A stretch of DNA of 63,927 nt, filler included, from Basidiobolus ranarum (GCA_040143965.1; 36 parts of 36 records of this genome joined end to end with filler, not necessarily neighbours in it); one strand, 5' to 3'. Numbered from the whole stretch's first letter, positions 12,503-24,433 are shown. The notes: generated by a model not told the origin, from the letters alone. Numbers and translations are program-made.

Positions 12503-13572
12503 ATCAACACCTCAGAAGTAAGATTTTGGAAAAAGAATCTGAGGTAGTGGCTCTTTTTGGAGCTGGAAAATGTAGCTTTGGCAAGTACAAAAGTTACAAA
12601 AGCAGGAATCCAAGTTTATACTATGGCTGTAACAAACCAGGACATCAGATAAAAGATTGCAAATCAAGAAATTAAAACAAAAATGAGAAGTCAGAAGAAG
12701 CAAATAAGGTTTGCACCATAGGGGAAGTTTTATTCTTTTCTGCCCTATCAGTGACCTCTGAACAAGACTGTAGGTTGCGGTATATTGATTCTGGAGCCTC
12801 TCAACATTTCTCTAATCAAAAAAACTGGGGTAAGACACTCAAAACTGACATAAAGAAGAAGGTTTTTATGGGAGATGACTGGCCACTAGAAGCTCCAGGA
12901 GTGGGAAAAATTGAAGTGGATATTGGGGGCCTCTGGGGACATGTATTAGACACTGAAAAATGTGATACATGTGCCTCAGATAGCAAAAATTCTGTCATCA
13001 ATGAGTAAAGCTACATCTGAGAGTTATAGCTTTAATTTTGATCAAAATGGCTGCACAATTTGGGATCATAAAGGGAATTACATAGCTTCTGGAGCTAAGC
13101 AAAATAACTTGTATAAACTTCATTATATTAGGCCAATATATGAGCAAGTTAATGCTGCCACAGCTGAAGAGATAGACTGGAAAATCTGGCATAGGAGATT
13201 GGGTCATTTAGGAGCTGAAAACATGAGAAATTAAATCAAAAACAAGATGGTTTTTGGGACTAAAGTTTGTAATTCCACCAGATCTGGAGCTATGTGAAGG
13301 ATGCCTATATGCTAGGCAACACAGACAGCCATTTGTGGGCTCAGGAATGAGCAAAATCAATCAAAAATTGAGCCTGATACACTCAGATCTGTGTGGCCCA
13401 ATGCAGACAAAATCCTTAGGTGGAAAAAGGTATTTTATGACCTTTATTGATGATAAGACAAAGTATACTTGGGTGTACTTTCTGGCCAGTAAGGATGAAG
13501 CCTTTGATACCTTCAAGAAGTTCAAAGCAATGGTGGAGACTGAAACAGGTCTAAAGATTAAGATTATCTGTA
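12503..13572 (+). pseudogene. Ty1/Copia gag zinc knuckle-protease-integrase remnant
   Basis: YIDSGASQHF protease, WHRRLGHL, HSDLCGPM, FIDDKT. Confidence 0.92.
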
Positions 13573-13577
13573 GTGAT

Positions 13578-14175
13578 CATTGATGGGGGTCCTGGTAAAA
13601 TATGATGGTATCTTGATGTTTTTGAGCATTTTCCACATTGATTCAAACTTTGATCCTATTGTGAATGGCTCATTTGTCTTGAATTTTCCACTATATGGCT
13701 GAGTTAGTAGTATAGGAATGTTGTTGAATAGTAAGTCCATAGTGTCTAATGGGAAGCTCTGGCTCCAACTGATCCCCTTTAGCAATATAATCTTAGGTTT
13801 ATGGCTAATACCAAGATTGATGTTAGACTGACTATTTGGTGAATTGATATCAGTGATCATGTTGAAATCTGACTGGGCTCTTCATGGTAAGATCAAGGAG
13901 TTTAGTGTTGTATTTGGATAATAGTAATGCATATGCCTGATAGAGTGAAATCCATGGATTTGACAAAATCTACAGCAAGATAGTGCATTGTGCCCACAAA
14001 AATCTCCAAGTTTACTGATGGCAGGAGTGTCATCAATACATACAATGATATTAGCTTTAATAAAATATTCACTACCTGAACCCCATTAGATAACTGTCCA
14101 AATTCCTCAATCAAAGGCTCCAAGCCGCTATCTATAAGTACTGGTGATTTAGGTCCAGATATGATGAAGAGTACT
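13578..14175 (-). mobile_element. CACTA-type transposase fragment
   Basis: SGPKSP..LEPLIEEF..L.NG and GHNA..C.FC region; LTR-C start TGTTGAAGTTT at the contig end. Confidence 0.85.
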
Positions 14176-14449
14176 GTTGAAGTTTNNNNNNNNNNNNNNN
14201 NNNNNNNNNNNNNNNNNNNNNNNNNNNNNTTAATTAATTAANNNNNNNNNNNNNNNNNNNNNNNNNNNNNNNNNNNNNNNNNNNNTAGTGTCTAGTCACG
14301 GATGTGCCTAGAGCAATTATCCAAAGGTGGAAGGTACCTTTGCCTTAGCAGGGAAGCTTGGGAAAGATGGGGAATAAGAGGGAAGCCAACCTTGGGGGGT
14401 TTCTTGGTTAGAGAACAGGGTAGAGAGAAGTCTACAGGCAAGTATAAGT

Positions 14450-14460
14450 AGTCTGATCAA
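14450..14460 (-). promoter_or_regulatory. Putative self-priming primer-binding site of the chromovirus (TTGATCAGACT)
   Basis: Lies 2 nt after the TGACA end of a 5' LTR-A. Exactly complementary to AGTCTGATCAA inside LTR-A, about 30 nt downstream of the TATA-like box. Confidence 0.7.
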
Positions 14461-14462
14461 AC

Positions 14463-15001
14463 TGTCACAATAAGGGACTGACAAGGACTGGAAACAAAAA
14501 CAAGAGGCTAGAAGGCAGGAGAGTACTTGGGTGTTGACCACAAGACAAGATAAGACTGGACAAGGAAGAAACTTTGGCAAGAATCTTTAGTGATAGCTGG
14601 CATTGATCCAACCCAGGTCCAATCAGGAAATACATGGGGCTTATATAGATATTGCAAAGTGGAACATTATATACTGAATAGGGAATATATTTGGCAAGTT
14701 CAAGAGTCAGGGTGTTGGGGACTACAAGGACCAATACAAAGAGGGATGATGTAAGGATGATATAAGTAATATCAGGGGACCTTCCATGGAAGGTCTTGGC
14801 AGAAATACACTATATGTGGGATGATATGATTGGTTAGGTTTCATGGAATGTTCCAAAGAACATGATTTCCATACAATGTAATCTGGCTGAAATAACACAA
14901 GATTGCCGGCAAGGGAGGGCACGGCAGATATGAAGTCGTAATCTAATAATGGAAGAGTTCTATTTGCAGTGGATCAGTATGCTGAGATCAGAATCATGAC
15001 A
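14463..15001 (-). repeat. Complete chromovirus 5' LTR-A (539 bp)
   Basis: TGTCA...TGACA ends; reverse complement of 4726-5262; followed by the PBS and leader on the minus strand. Confidence 0.92.
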
Positions 15002-15786
15002 GGCTCTTACTCAGCTCCAGCAAGAAAATCAAGAACTTTGTACTTCTATTGCTCAAGTACAGAATCCCGCTCCACTCAACTATACTGTAAATCCAACTCC
15101 TGAACCCAAAATCTCCTTTCCAAATAAGTTCAATGGCACAGGCCAAAACTATTGTGGTTTTATTAACCAAGTAAAGCTCACCATCCAGTTACATCCCCAT
15201 TGCTACCCCTCTGACCAAACAAAAGTAGGCTTGGTGGGAACACTATTATCAGCAACAGCTCTATCTTGGTTTGCCCCTTTAATGGAAAGTCAAACTCATC
15301 TTCTTTCAAGCTTCCTTGCCCTTCTTGCTTTACTGGAAGCCACATTTGGAAATGCACATATGGAAAGAACTTCAGCCACCAGGCTCTGTGCACTTAAACA
15401 AGGGTCAGAAATTGCATCAACTTATGCTGCAGAATTTTGCCTTCTTGCCTGTGATCTCAATTGGGGAAAATATGCCCTGATCAACCAATATCAATATGGA
15501 CTCCAAGGAGATATTAAGGATCTTTTACTCACTATTGCTAGCCCAGTGACCTTGACTGATGCTACCCACCAGGCAGTCAAATGTGGCAACCGGTGGTTTG
15601 AAATACAAGAACAAAGAAATATGGTTCCTTTCTTCACTCATGCATCATCTACTTTCAGACCTCCCTTCCATCAAACACAAAATACAGCTTGAGCCAATGA
15701 CCCAATGCAAGTTGATGGAACTTGCTTCAGAAAGCTTTGCCCTGAGGAGAAATATCAATGCCAACATGAGAATCTATGCCTCTATT
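15002..15786 (+). pseudogene. Ty3/Gypsy gag remnant (Retrotrans_gag)
   Basis: EPKISFPNKFNG, VGTLLSATALSWFAPL, LKQG...YAAEF, DPMQVDG. Confidence 0.88.
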
Positions 15787-15968
15787 CCCTAACAGAAATT
15801 TGAGGATTGTTATCGTAGGAAAACCGTCACAATTTTAATCCATTTGGGGTTGACCATTTACTTACCATCATAAAAACGTCAAGTTAGATTTGATTTTAAT
15901 CAATTTTTTCAGTTTCAGGAGTGAAATTTCAAGATCTCGCAAAATAGTTGCAAATGATTGGCTAAAAT
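15787..15968 (+). mobile_element. CACTA-type left end (young, retains CpG)
   Basis: CCCTAACAGAAATTTGAGGATTGTTATCGTAGGAAAACCGTCAC. Confidence 0.9.
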
Positions 15969-16338
15969 NNNNNNNNNNNNNNNNNNNNNNNNNNNNNNNN
16001 NNNNNNNNNNNNTTAATTAATTAANNNNNNNNNNNNNNNNNNNNNNNNNNNNNNNNNNNNNNNNNNNNTAGTCCCCAACACCCCTACTCTTGAACTTGCC
16101 ACAGTATATTCCCTATTTGGTATATTATGTTTCACCTTGCAATATCTATATAAGCCCCATGTATTCCTTTATCAGACCTCAGTCTGATCAATGCCAGTTA
16201 TCAATAAAGATTCTTGCCAAAGTATCTTCCTTGTCCAGTCTTCTCTTGTCTTGTGGTCTACACCCAAGTACTCTCCTGCCTTCTAGCCTCTTGTTGTTGT
16301 TTCTAGTCCTTGTCCAGTTCCTTATTGTGACAATAACC

Positions 16339-16620
16339 TATTGAAATTATTTAGGGAGAAATATTGATCTGGCCAGGATTTGAACCTGGGATCTCCTTTA
16401 CTCTAGCAAGGTTCTCTAACCACAGAGCTACCAATCCTTGTATGCTGTGCCTATATTGCTAGGGAACCTTAATGTAGTCTGTCAATATATTGTACTTTGG
16501 CATTTCAGGTATACAAGCAACTGATTGGTGTCAGACTTTGTATTCAGATGCAGTCACCAAGCTCCATATTTTCCTCTTTGGGAATTACTGCTTGTACCAC
16601 AAGTCACCAGACTTTTAATA
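16339..16620 (-). repeat. Copia-type LTR (282 bp) carrying a tRNA-like cassette, 5' LTR copy
   Basis: Colinear reverse complement of 63384-63665, same length. Followed on the minus strand by GGTTAT (start of the Copia PBS), then cut by an LTR-A insertion. Confidence 0.88.
16365..16437 (-). ncRNA. tRNA-like sequence inside LTR (degenerate)
   Basis: GGATTGGTAGCTCTGTGGTTAGAGAACCTTGCTAGAGTAAAGGAGATCCCAGGTTCAAATCCTGGCCAGATCA: A box, B box, T stem CCAGG/CCTGG. Confidence 0.75.
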
Positions 16621-17751
16621 GAAGCAACTTTGATTATTGAGGAGTGGAGAGTTCAATCCAATCTTAGCAACCATGTGTTTATTAGTTTTCTTACACTTTT
16701 ACCACAGTTGATTGGCAACTGTTGCTTGCCACCAACATGGTACAAGTGGAAAACACTTGTCAATTGTATGGCTTATAATACTCTGGTGATGAAACTACCT
16801 TCATGTCCAATTGGTTGTTTAGCTTTCACCAATGATCTGAAAAGCCTGATGTCATATACTGTTTTCATATTATTGACAATCACTGAATCAGGTAAATGTT
16901 GCTCATATTTGGCTTACATACCATTGATTCCCCATCTTAAAGTTTTAATGAAATCACCCATATATAGATCATTGATCCAATACTAAAGTACTCACCATAA
17001 AGCTGATGGTGTTACCAATATACTTGATGGCTACCACTACCAGAATCTGAAAAGTCAAGGTTTCTTTGAGAACAAGTATGATCATGCATTTGCATTGGCT
17101 CTGGATGGTTTCTTGCTAAACAAATAAACTGTTGGAAAGGCTTGCTGGCCAATAATATTAATCAACTTAAATCAAACTTGGTATAAGCCATAAGCCTGAG
17201 ATTACATTGTTAAAGGAGGGCTGCTGGGGCCAGAGCTTCCCATTAGGCACAATGTACTTACTACTCAACTGCATTCCAATACTACTTACTCAGCTCTACA
17301 GTGAAAAATTCTATATGAATGAGCCATTTGAGACACTATCAAAGTTTGAATCTATTGAACAAATGCTTGAAAATGTCAACATACCATCATATTTTACCAG
17401 GACTCCCATCACTATCCCCTCATCTAGGTGTTTATTCAATTGCAAGGACTGGAATCACTTCATTCATATATATTCAAGTGGAATCTTGAAAAGATTTCTG
17501 CCTGTGAAGTATTGCAACATTGGGAGTTGTTTGTTGACATTCTTAATATATTCTTATAGCATCAACTCACATTGACAGATCTCAGGCAGATACAGTGACT
17601 GTTCAAAGATTTTGTTATTGGATATGAAGAGCCTTATTATAGGTTTAAAGAAGATAGACTGAATCTATGCCAGTATTCAATACATTCCCTGCTGCATCTT
17701 TCACTATGCTTAGAGATTATAGGCCCTTGCTATACATTCTGGGAGTTCCCA
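16621..17751 (+). mobile_element. CACTA-type transposase remnant (Transposase_21-like core)
   Basis: CPIGCLAF, YIPLIPHL, ALALDGF..WPIILINLN, HSLLHL..IIGPCYTFWEFP. Confidence 0.9.
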
Positions 17752-17851
17752 NNNNNNNNNNNNNNNNNNNNNNNNNNNNNNNNNNNNNNNNNNNNTTAAT
17801 TAATTAANNNNNNNNNNNNNNNNNNNNNNNNNNNNNNNNNNNNNNNNNNNN

Positions 17852-18906
17852 AATCTATGCCAGTATTCAGTATACTCCCTGATGCATCTTGCACAATGCT
17901 TAAAGATTATAGGCCCTTGCTATATATTCTGGGAGTTCCCAATGGAGCACACCTGCGGTAAAATGATGCTCCATGTGAAATCATCAGTATTACTCTATGC
18001 TACTCCCATTAACAATGTATCAGCAAAACCAGTGATAGAGATAATGCAATGGGTTAAGGAGACTCCAGAGTATGTTAATCTGCCAACAAAGGGCTCTTTG
18101 AAATGTGCTCTTGGGTTTTCACATTGTTTGAGCATAATAAGAGTAACAAAGCCCAATCCATGGACACCGAGTAAGTACCTCTATAATTGGACTAATTTGC
18201 TTGTGTGATAATCTGAAGTCAGACTTCTTGGTGAGATAGATCAAGATATGCAGTATTATTGTTTTAGCCATGGGGTAATCAATTCAAGCAATGACACATC
18301 TACTTGTGGCAGGACATTGGTTGACTGCAAGCTGGGGATATATTGGCTGAATTCTTTATGGAAATTTGCCTATATCCAAGTGCTTATTCTCATTGTGAAT
18401 GGTAACAAGAGTCAGCTATTTACCAAGTGACAGTGCTATTCAAAATTGCAGATGTTTAGCAATTTTTCCACCTTTAGTTTGCTGGTAAAGCATATTGATA
18501 TTGCTTAGTTATGTCTAATCAGTCAAGTATGTGCATATGAATAGACTAAACACAACAAGATTCTTGTATATTTTGATTCTCAATATGGCTAGAATACAAA
18601 ACCAAAAATATCTAAACAAAGGCATGCATATTAATTCATATTATTACAGCAGTAAACCTAGCAATTTGCCATTCAAAAAATTTTTTTTTGCAACAATTGC
18701 CAGATATTGAATAAGGCATGCCAAATTTGAAGATCAATATCTTAACATGTATTAATAGCTTCAAAATTCTGTCAAGAAGCCATTGTTACACCATCAAAAT
18801 CCTTGGCAGAATGCAAGCCACCAATATTGTGATGGTTCTCTGACAGTTTTGCTATTTCAGAGGGTGGATCTGATCCAGATCAAATCAATTTTATTTTTGT
18901 TAGGGT
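17852..18906 (+). mobile_element. CACTA-type transposase 3' part and right terminus
   Basis: FWEFPMEHTCG; ends TTTTTGTTAGGG; abuts another transposase fragment at 18907-19533. Confidence 0.88.
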
Positions 18907-19633
18907 AAAGTCAAGGTTTCTGTGAGAATACATATGATCATGCATTTGCATTGGCTGTGGATGGTTACTCACTAAACAAATATACCAATGGACTGGCTTA
19001 CTGGCCAATAATTTTAATCAACTTAAATCTTCCTCCTTCTGAACAGTAAAAGAGTCATAATATTTTGATGCTATCCATCATATATTGACCTAAATCACCA
19101 GTGGTTATAGTTAGCTTCTTGGAGCCTTTGATTGCAGAATTTGAACAGTTAGCTAATGGGGCTTGGATGGGAGAATATTTTATAAAAGTTAAAATCATTG
19201 AATGTATCAGCAACATCCCTGCCATCAGTAAACTTGGAGATTTTTGCAGGCACAATGCACTATCTTGCTGTAGATTCTGTCAAATCAATGGATTTACTCT
19301 GTCAGGTATACACATTACTACTATCCAAATACAACACTAAACTCCATGATTTTACCATCAAGAGTCCAGTCAGATTTTAACATGATCACTAACAACAATT
19401 CACAAAATAGTCAGTCTAACATCAAACTTGGTATTAGCCATAAGCCTAAGATTATATTGCTATACAGCAACTGTGCAAAGATTTTGTAATTGGATATGAA
19501 AAATTTTATTTTGGTTTTAAAGAAGACAGAATGNNNNNNNNNNNNNNNNNNNNNNNNNNNNNNNNNNNNNNNNNNNNTTAATTAATTAANNNNNNNNNNN
19601 NNNNNNNNNNNNNNNNNNNNNNNNNNNNNNNNN

Positions 19634-20144
19634 AAACTTGAAATGTTTAACAAGGTGTTTGATTTTAAGAAACTCAGACTAAACAGGTAAGATATTTGAG
19701 CATATGTGACACATAGTATGTAAAAATTCTTACTTACCAAGCTCTTGGGTATAGTAGCTTCCAAGACCTAAAAGATTCAGACAAGAAGACAAAATTTGCT
19801 TTATCAAACGAGTACGGAAGACTTTGCTCATTATTCCGACCAAGACGTCCCCGTAACACTGCTGGGAGAGGTTATGACCAGTGAAGACTTGGACAAGATC
19901 TCTCTTTGCGCATTAGATCCCAATCGTAATCAAGTATTCGCTGCCTCCTATGGTGATGGTGACACATTCATGTAACGCAAGATCATTTACTGAAGCGTAT
20001 TTCGGGTTAAATAGTGTCCAAGCTTGTCAGAGTTGTGGGATATTATGGCAACGCGATGTAAACGCTTCAAAAATTATTTTGAAGATTTCCAAAGACGTAA
20101 TCAGTGGTCACGGGTGCCCAACAGCGTTTTCTAGAAGCCAATAA
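19634..20144 (+). pseudogene. Fanzor1-like (eukaryotic TnpB) nuclease remnant, intron-containing, internally deleted
   Basis: RuvC-I-like LCALDPNRNQVFAASYGDG (D at 19916). Zinc finger plus RuvC-III HSCNARS...ACQSCGILWQRDVNASKII.KI....ISGHGCPTAFSR* (stop ends 20144). GTAAG..TAG intron about 19687-19757. RuvC-II segment missing. Confidence 0.78.
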
Positions 20145-20865
20145 CTTCTTTTATCATATATAATACATCGCCGTCTCGTACACGGTTTCTCTTTTCAAAG
20201 AGATTTAGATTTTTACAGGTAAAAAAGTCTGATAACCTCTTCTCATTCGTCTCAAACTAATTCTTTTGTCTGAATTTTATTTTCGTTTCATCCAAAAAAG
20301 GTAAGCTAAATATCTGAAAATTCATTTTGATTCGTCAAGAAAAAAAGTAACATCGTCCCAATTTAAAGCGTATAATACACCTACAATACACCTGAGAGGG
20401 ACTGGTTCTCTGAGAATTGTGGAGAGCCTTATGCTCGTATCATGAGTGCTGATACGAGTTCTGCCAGTGGATATCCTACCAGCTTATATCATACTGTGTT
20501 CAAGTGGTTATGGATGGTGATCATACTAGCCAACAATTGATTTGAATTTGAAAGTTTCCCTATATTGTACATTTACAATAAAGAATAAAATGATTTGCGA
20601 AACAGGTGAATTGTTACATAATTTTCTACGTATTGCTTGGCATACAGGTAACTGAAATTAACTCCATCGAAACACCAGGATATATGTGATAAATACCGAA
20701 GACTGCTAAAACCGAGACATAAAGGTTATTTATTCAATTAAACTACATTCCGTGCGTTATCATGTGCTACATGTCTAAAATTGAACTATATATAGAACAC
20801 CGACGTATTTGAGCACACAGTGGACATGTTGTACATGACAACATACATTAGTTTTGGGGGACGCG

Positions 20866-21315
20866 GACAAGGACTGGAAACAATGATAAGAGGCTAGAAG
20901 GCAGGAGAGTACTTGGGTATAGACCACAAGACAAAACAAGACAAGACTGGACAGGAAATATACTTGGGCAAGAATCTTTATTCATAACTGGCATTGATCA
21001 GACTGAGGTCTTATCAAGGAATACATGGGGCTTATATAGATATTGCAAGGTGAAACATAATATACTGAATAGGGAATATACTGTTGCCAGTTCAAGTGTT
21101 AGGATGCTGTGGACCACGAGGACCAATACAAAGAGGGATGATGTTGTTGAAATTAGCATTGCCTAAACACCTATATAGTCATATATAGCTTAGTACTTAG
21201 TTATCTTATAATTCACTAAGATATTATTAATTATTCTCAAATGCAATTTACTTAGAATACTTTTACCAACTTAGAAGTTCTCAGATATTTAGATTTTTCA
21301 AACTTGTGCTAGAAG
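20866..21315. repeat. Partial LTR-A (-) with nested Copia LTR-B starting at 21145
   Basis: LTR-A sequence interrupted by TGTTGAAATTAGCATTGCC. Confidence 0.85.
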
Positions 21316-21415
21316 NNNNNNNNNNNNNNNNNNNNNNNNNNNNNNNNNNNNNNNNNNNNTTAATTAATTAANNNNNNNNNNNNNNNNNNNNNNNNNNNNN
21401 NNNNNNNNNNNNNNN

Positions 21416-23010
21416 TAGCTAATATCATTGTATGTATTGGTGACACTCCTGCCATCAGTAAACTTGGAGGTTTTCATGGGCACAATGCACTATCTTGCTG
21501 TAGATTTTGTCAAATCAATGGCATTTATTCTATCAGGCATATGCATTAGTACTATTCAAATACAACACTAAACTCCATGATTTTACCATCAAGAGCCTGG
21601 TCAGATTACAACATGATCATTGATGTCAATTCATCAAATAGTCAGTCTAACATCAAACTTGGTATTGGCTGCAAGCCTAAGAATCTATTGCTCATGGGGA
21701 TCAGCTGGAGCTAGAGGTTCCATTAAGCACTATGCACTTACTATTCAACAACATTTCAATACTACTTACTCAGCTATATAGTGGAAAATTCAATATGAAT
21801 GAGCCATTTGAGATAGGATCAAAGTTTGAATCAATTGGGAAAATGCTTGAAAACATCCAGATACCATCATATTTTACCAGGACTCCCATCAATATCCACT
21901 CATATAGGCATTTATTTAAATGCAAAGACTGGAAGTATTGGATTTGTATACACTCAAGTGGAATCTTGAACAGATTTTTGCCTGATCAGTATTGGCAACA
22001 TTGAGAGTTGTTTGTTGATATTGTTAATATATTCTTATGGAATCAACTCACATTGGCAGATCTCAGGCAGATACAGCAACTGTGCAAAGATTGGGTAATT
22101 AGATACAAAGACTTCATTACAGGTTTAAAAAAGATGGACTGAATCCACACTGTTGTTCAATATATTCCCTGCTGCATCTTTCACAATGCTTAGAGATTAC
22201 AGGCTCTTGCTATACATTCTGGGAGTTCCTAATGGAGTGCACCTGTGGTGAAATGATGCCCCATGTGAAATTGTCAGTATTACCATATGCTAATCTGATT
22301 AACAATCTATCAGCAAAATCAGTGATGGATGTTATGCAATAGGTTAAGGAGTCTCCAGAGTATATCAACCTTCCAACAAAGGGCTCTTTTGAATGTGCTC
22401 ATGGGTTTTTGCATTGTTTGAGCACAATAACAGCAACAAAGCCCATTCCATGGACACAGTGTAAGTACCTCTATAATTGGACTAATATGCTTGTGTGATA
22501 ATCTGACTGTAAATTTAGGAAAGCTGCAACACAGACTTCTAGGTGAGATAGATTAAGATATGTGGTATTATTGTTTTAGCAATGGGGTAATCTATTCAAG
22601 CAATGATGCATCTACTTGTGGCAGGACATTTGTTGACTGCAAGTTGGGGATATATTGGCTGAATTCTTTGGGGGAATTTGCCAAACTCAAAGAGCTTATT
22701 CTAATTTTGAATGGTAACAAGAGTCAGCAATTTGCCAAGTGTCTGAGCTATTCAAAATTTCAGATGTTTAGCAATTTTTCCACTGTCAGTTTGCTGGTAA
22801 GGTATATTGACACTGTTGAGTGATGTCTAATCAGTCAAGTATGTACATATGTAGAGACTAAGCACAACAAGATTCTTGTATTTTTTGATCTTCATTACGG
22901 CTGGAATAAAAAGCCTAAAATATCTAAATTAAGGCATGCATATTAATTTGAATACCTACAGCAGTAAACCCAGTAATTAGATTTTGCAAAAATTGCCAGA
23001 TATTGAATAA
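21416..23010 (+). mobile_element. CACTA-type transposase remnant, central to 3' part
   Basis: GDTPAISKLG.F.GHNALSCCRFC, MHLLFNN, KDWKYW, FWEFLMECTCG. Confidence 0.9.
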
Positions 23011-23325
23011 CACTGTAGTTGTTTTAGGGTGTAAGCAGCAACTATAACTGCAATATCCCAAGGGTTTTGTGAGGTGTCCAAGGGGTGCGATAACCANNNN
23101 NNNNNNNNNNNNNNNNNNNNNNNNNNNNNNNNNNNNNNNNTTAATTAATTAANNNNNNNNNNNNNNNNNNNNNNNNNNNNNNNNNNNNNNNNNNNNGAGT
23201 TACTTTCAAACAGAAATGGAGCAAAGAATCCTTACACTAGGGCCCATTCGCAATGTTCACTATATAGACAATTGAATTGAAGCCCTTCGAGATGTGTAAT
23301 TTCTGTTGCGAAATAAAGCAAAATA

Positions 23326-23398
23326 CGAGCATACCAGGGATCGAACCTGGAATCTCCTGATCCGTAGTCAGGCGCCTTATCCATTTGGCCATACGCCC
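23326..23398 (-). tRNA. tRNA-Arg(ACG)
   Basis: GGGCGTATGGCCAAATGGATAAGGCGCCTGACT-ACG-GATCAGGAGATTCCAGGTTCGATCCCTGGTATGCTCG folds as a cloverleaf. Confidence 0.95.
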
Positions 23399-23626
23399 GT
23401 GTTCTCTAGTGGTTGTAGATATTCTTCTTACAAATTGTGTTATATATAAGGCCATCGATGTAGGAACAGACATATGGTCAACGCATGTTTGTATTCCAAA
23501 ATAAAATGCTCATCCCACTGTAAAATAAAGCATTGATGAAAGTAGTGATACAGTGATATGGCTAGACAAGATAATAATGCACCGCTAAAAACAACTGCAA
23601 TGGAACTTAGCCAAACAGAGTCTTGT

Positions 23627-23698
23627 TTCCGCATCGGGGAATCGAACCCCGGCCTTCTCGGTGAGAGCGAGAGATCCTGACCACTGGACCAATGCGGA
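23627..23698 (-). tRNA. tRNA-Glu(CTC)
   Basis: TCCGCATTGGTCCAGTGGTCAGGATCTCTCGCT-CTC-ACCGAGAAGGCCGGGGTTCGATTCCCCGATGCGGAA. Confidence 0.95.
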
Positions 23699-24015
23699 GA
23701 AGTATATCGTAGCTAATACAGTATTCAACCAATTTTCACATTTCACTTTTCTCGTTTGATATTTCCAAGTCAGTGATGCAAAGTGTATTTCAATATTGTT
23801 ACTACTAGGTTGGGATCTTTCCCTAACGGTACTTATTGATGGCTGTATTTTGCTTAGGAAAAATATTGTAATCAACATGATGGATAAGATATCTTATAGC
23901 AGAGTTTGTTTGGCTATTTATTTAAAAATCATGGATAGTGATGATGTACAATATTGATTCGTCTCTTAAATTCCACAAACCAAGTATGCTCATAGTCGAA
24001 AAGAGCATAAAAAAA

Positions 24016-24087
24016 CTCTCGGACTGGGAATTGAACCCAGGTCTCCCGCGTGACAGGCGGGGATACTCACCACTATACTATCCGAGA
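24016..24087 (-). tRNA. tRNA-Asp(GTC)
   Basis: TCTCGGATAGTATAGTGGTGAGTATCCCCGCCT-GTC-ACGCGGGAGACCTGGGTTCAATTCCCAGTCCGAGAG, followed by an oligo-T terminator. Confidence 0.95.
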
Positions 24088-24359
24088 AGAGATAGTTATA
24101 TGGAGCAGCCTAATTCTCAATAATGGTTTGGTCTTAGTAGTGACTTATGGAATAGTAAACGAATCCAACAGCTTGAAACAATCGGAACAACGCACACCAT
24201 CAGGAAATTATGGCATGGAGTACAATCAGTGAAAATGTATCAAGGGTTGTGATTTCTTCATGGCACAACCATGCCACAAAAGGAAGTACCGGAAATATAA
24301 CAAAAAAAGGAAAAGAGCTATGATTTCCAACTGCATCAAGACTTGGATGCAAAAGTATA

Positions 24360-24433
24360 TGCTCACAGCAGGGGTCGAACCTGCGGCCTTGGCGTTATTA
24401 GCACCACGCTCTAACCAACTGAGCTATGCGAGC
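24360..24433 (-). tRNA. tRNA-Ile(AAT)
   Basis: GCTCGCATAGCTCAGTTGGTTAGAGCGTGGTGCT-AAT-AACGCCAAGGCCGCAGGTTCGACCCCTGCTGTGAGCA. Confidence 0.95.
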
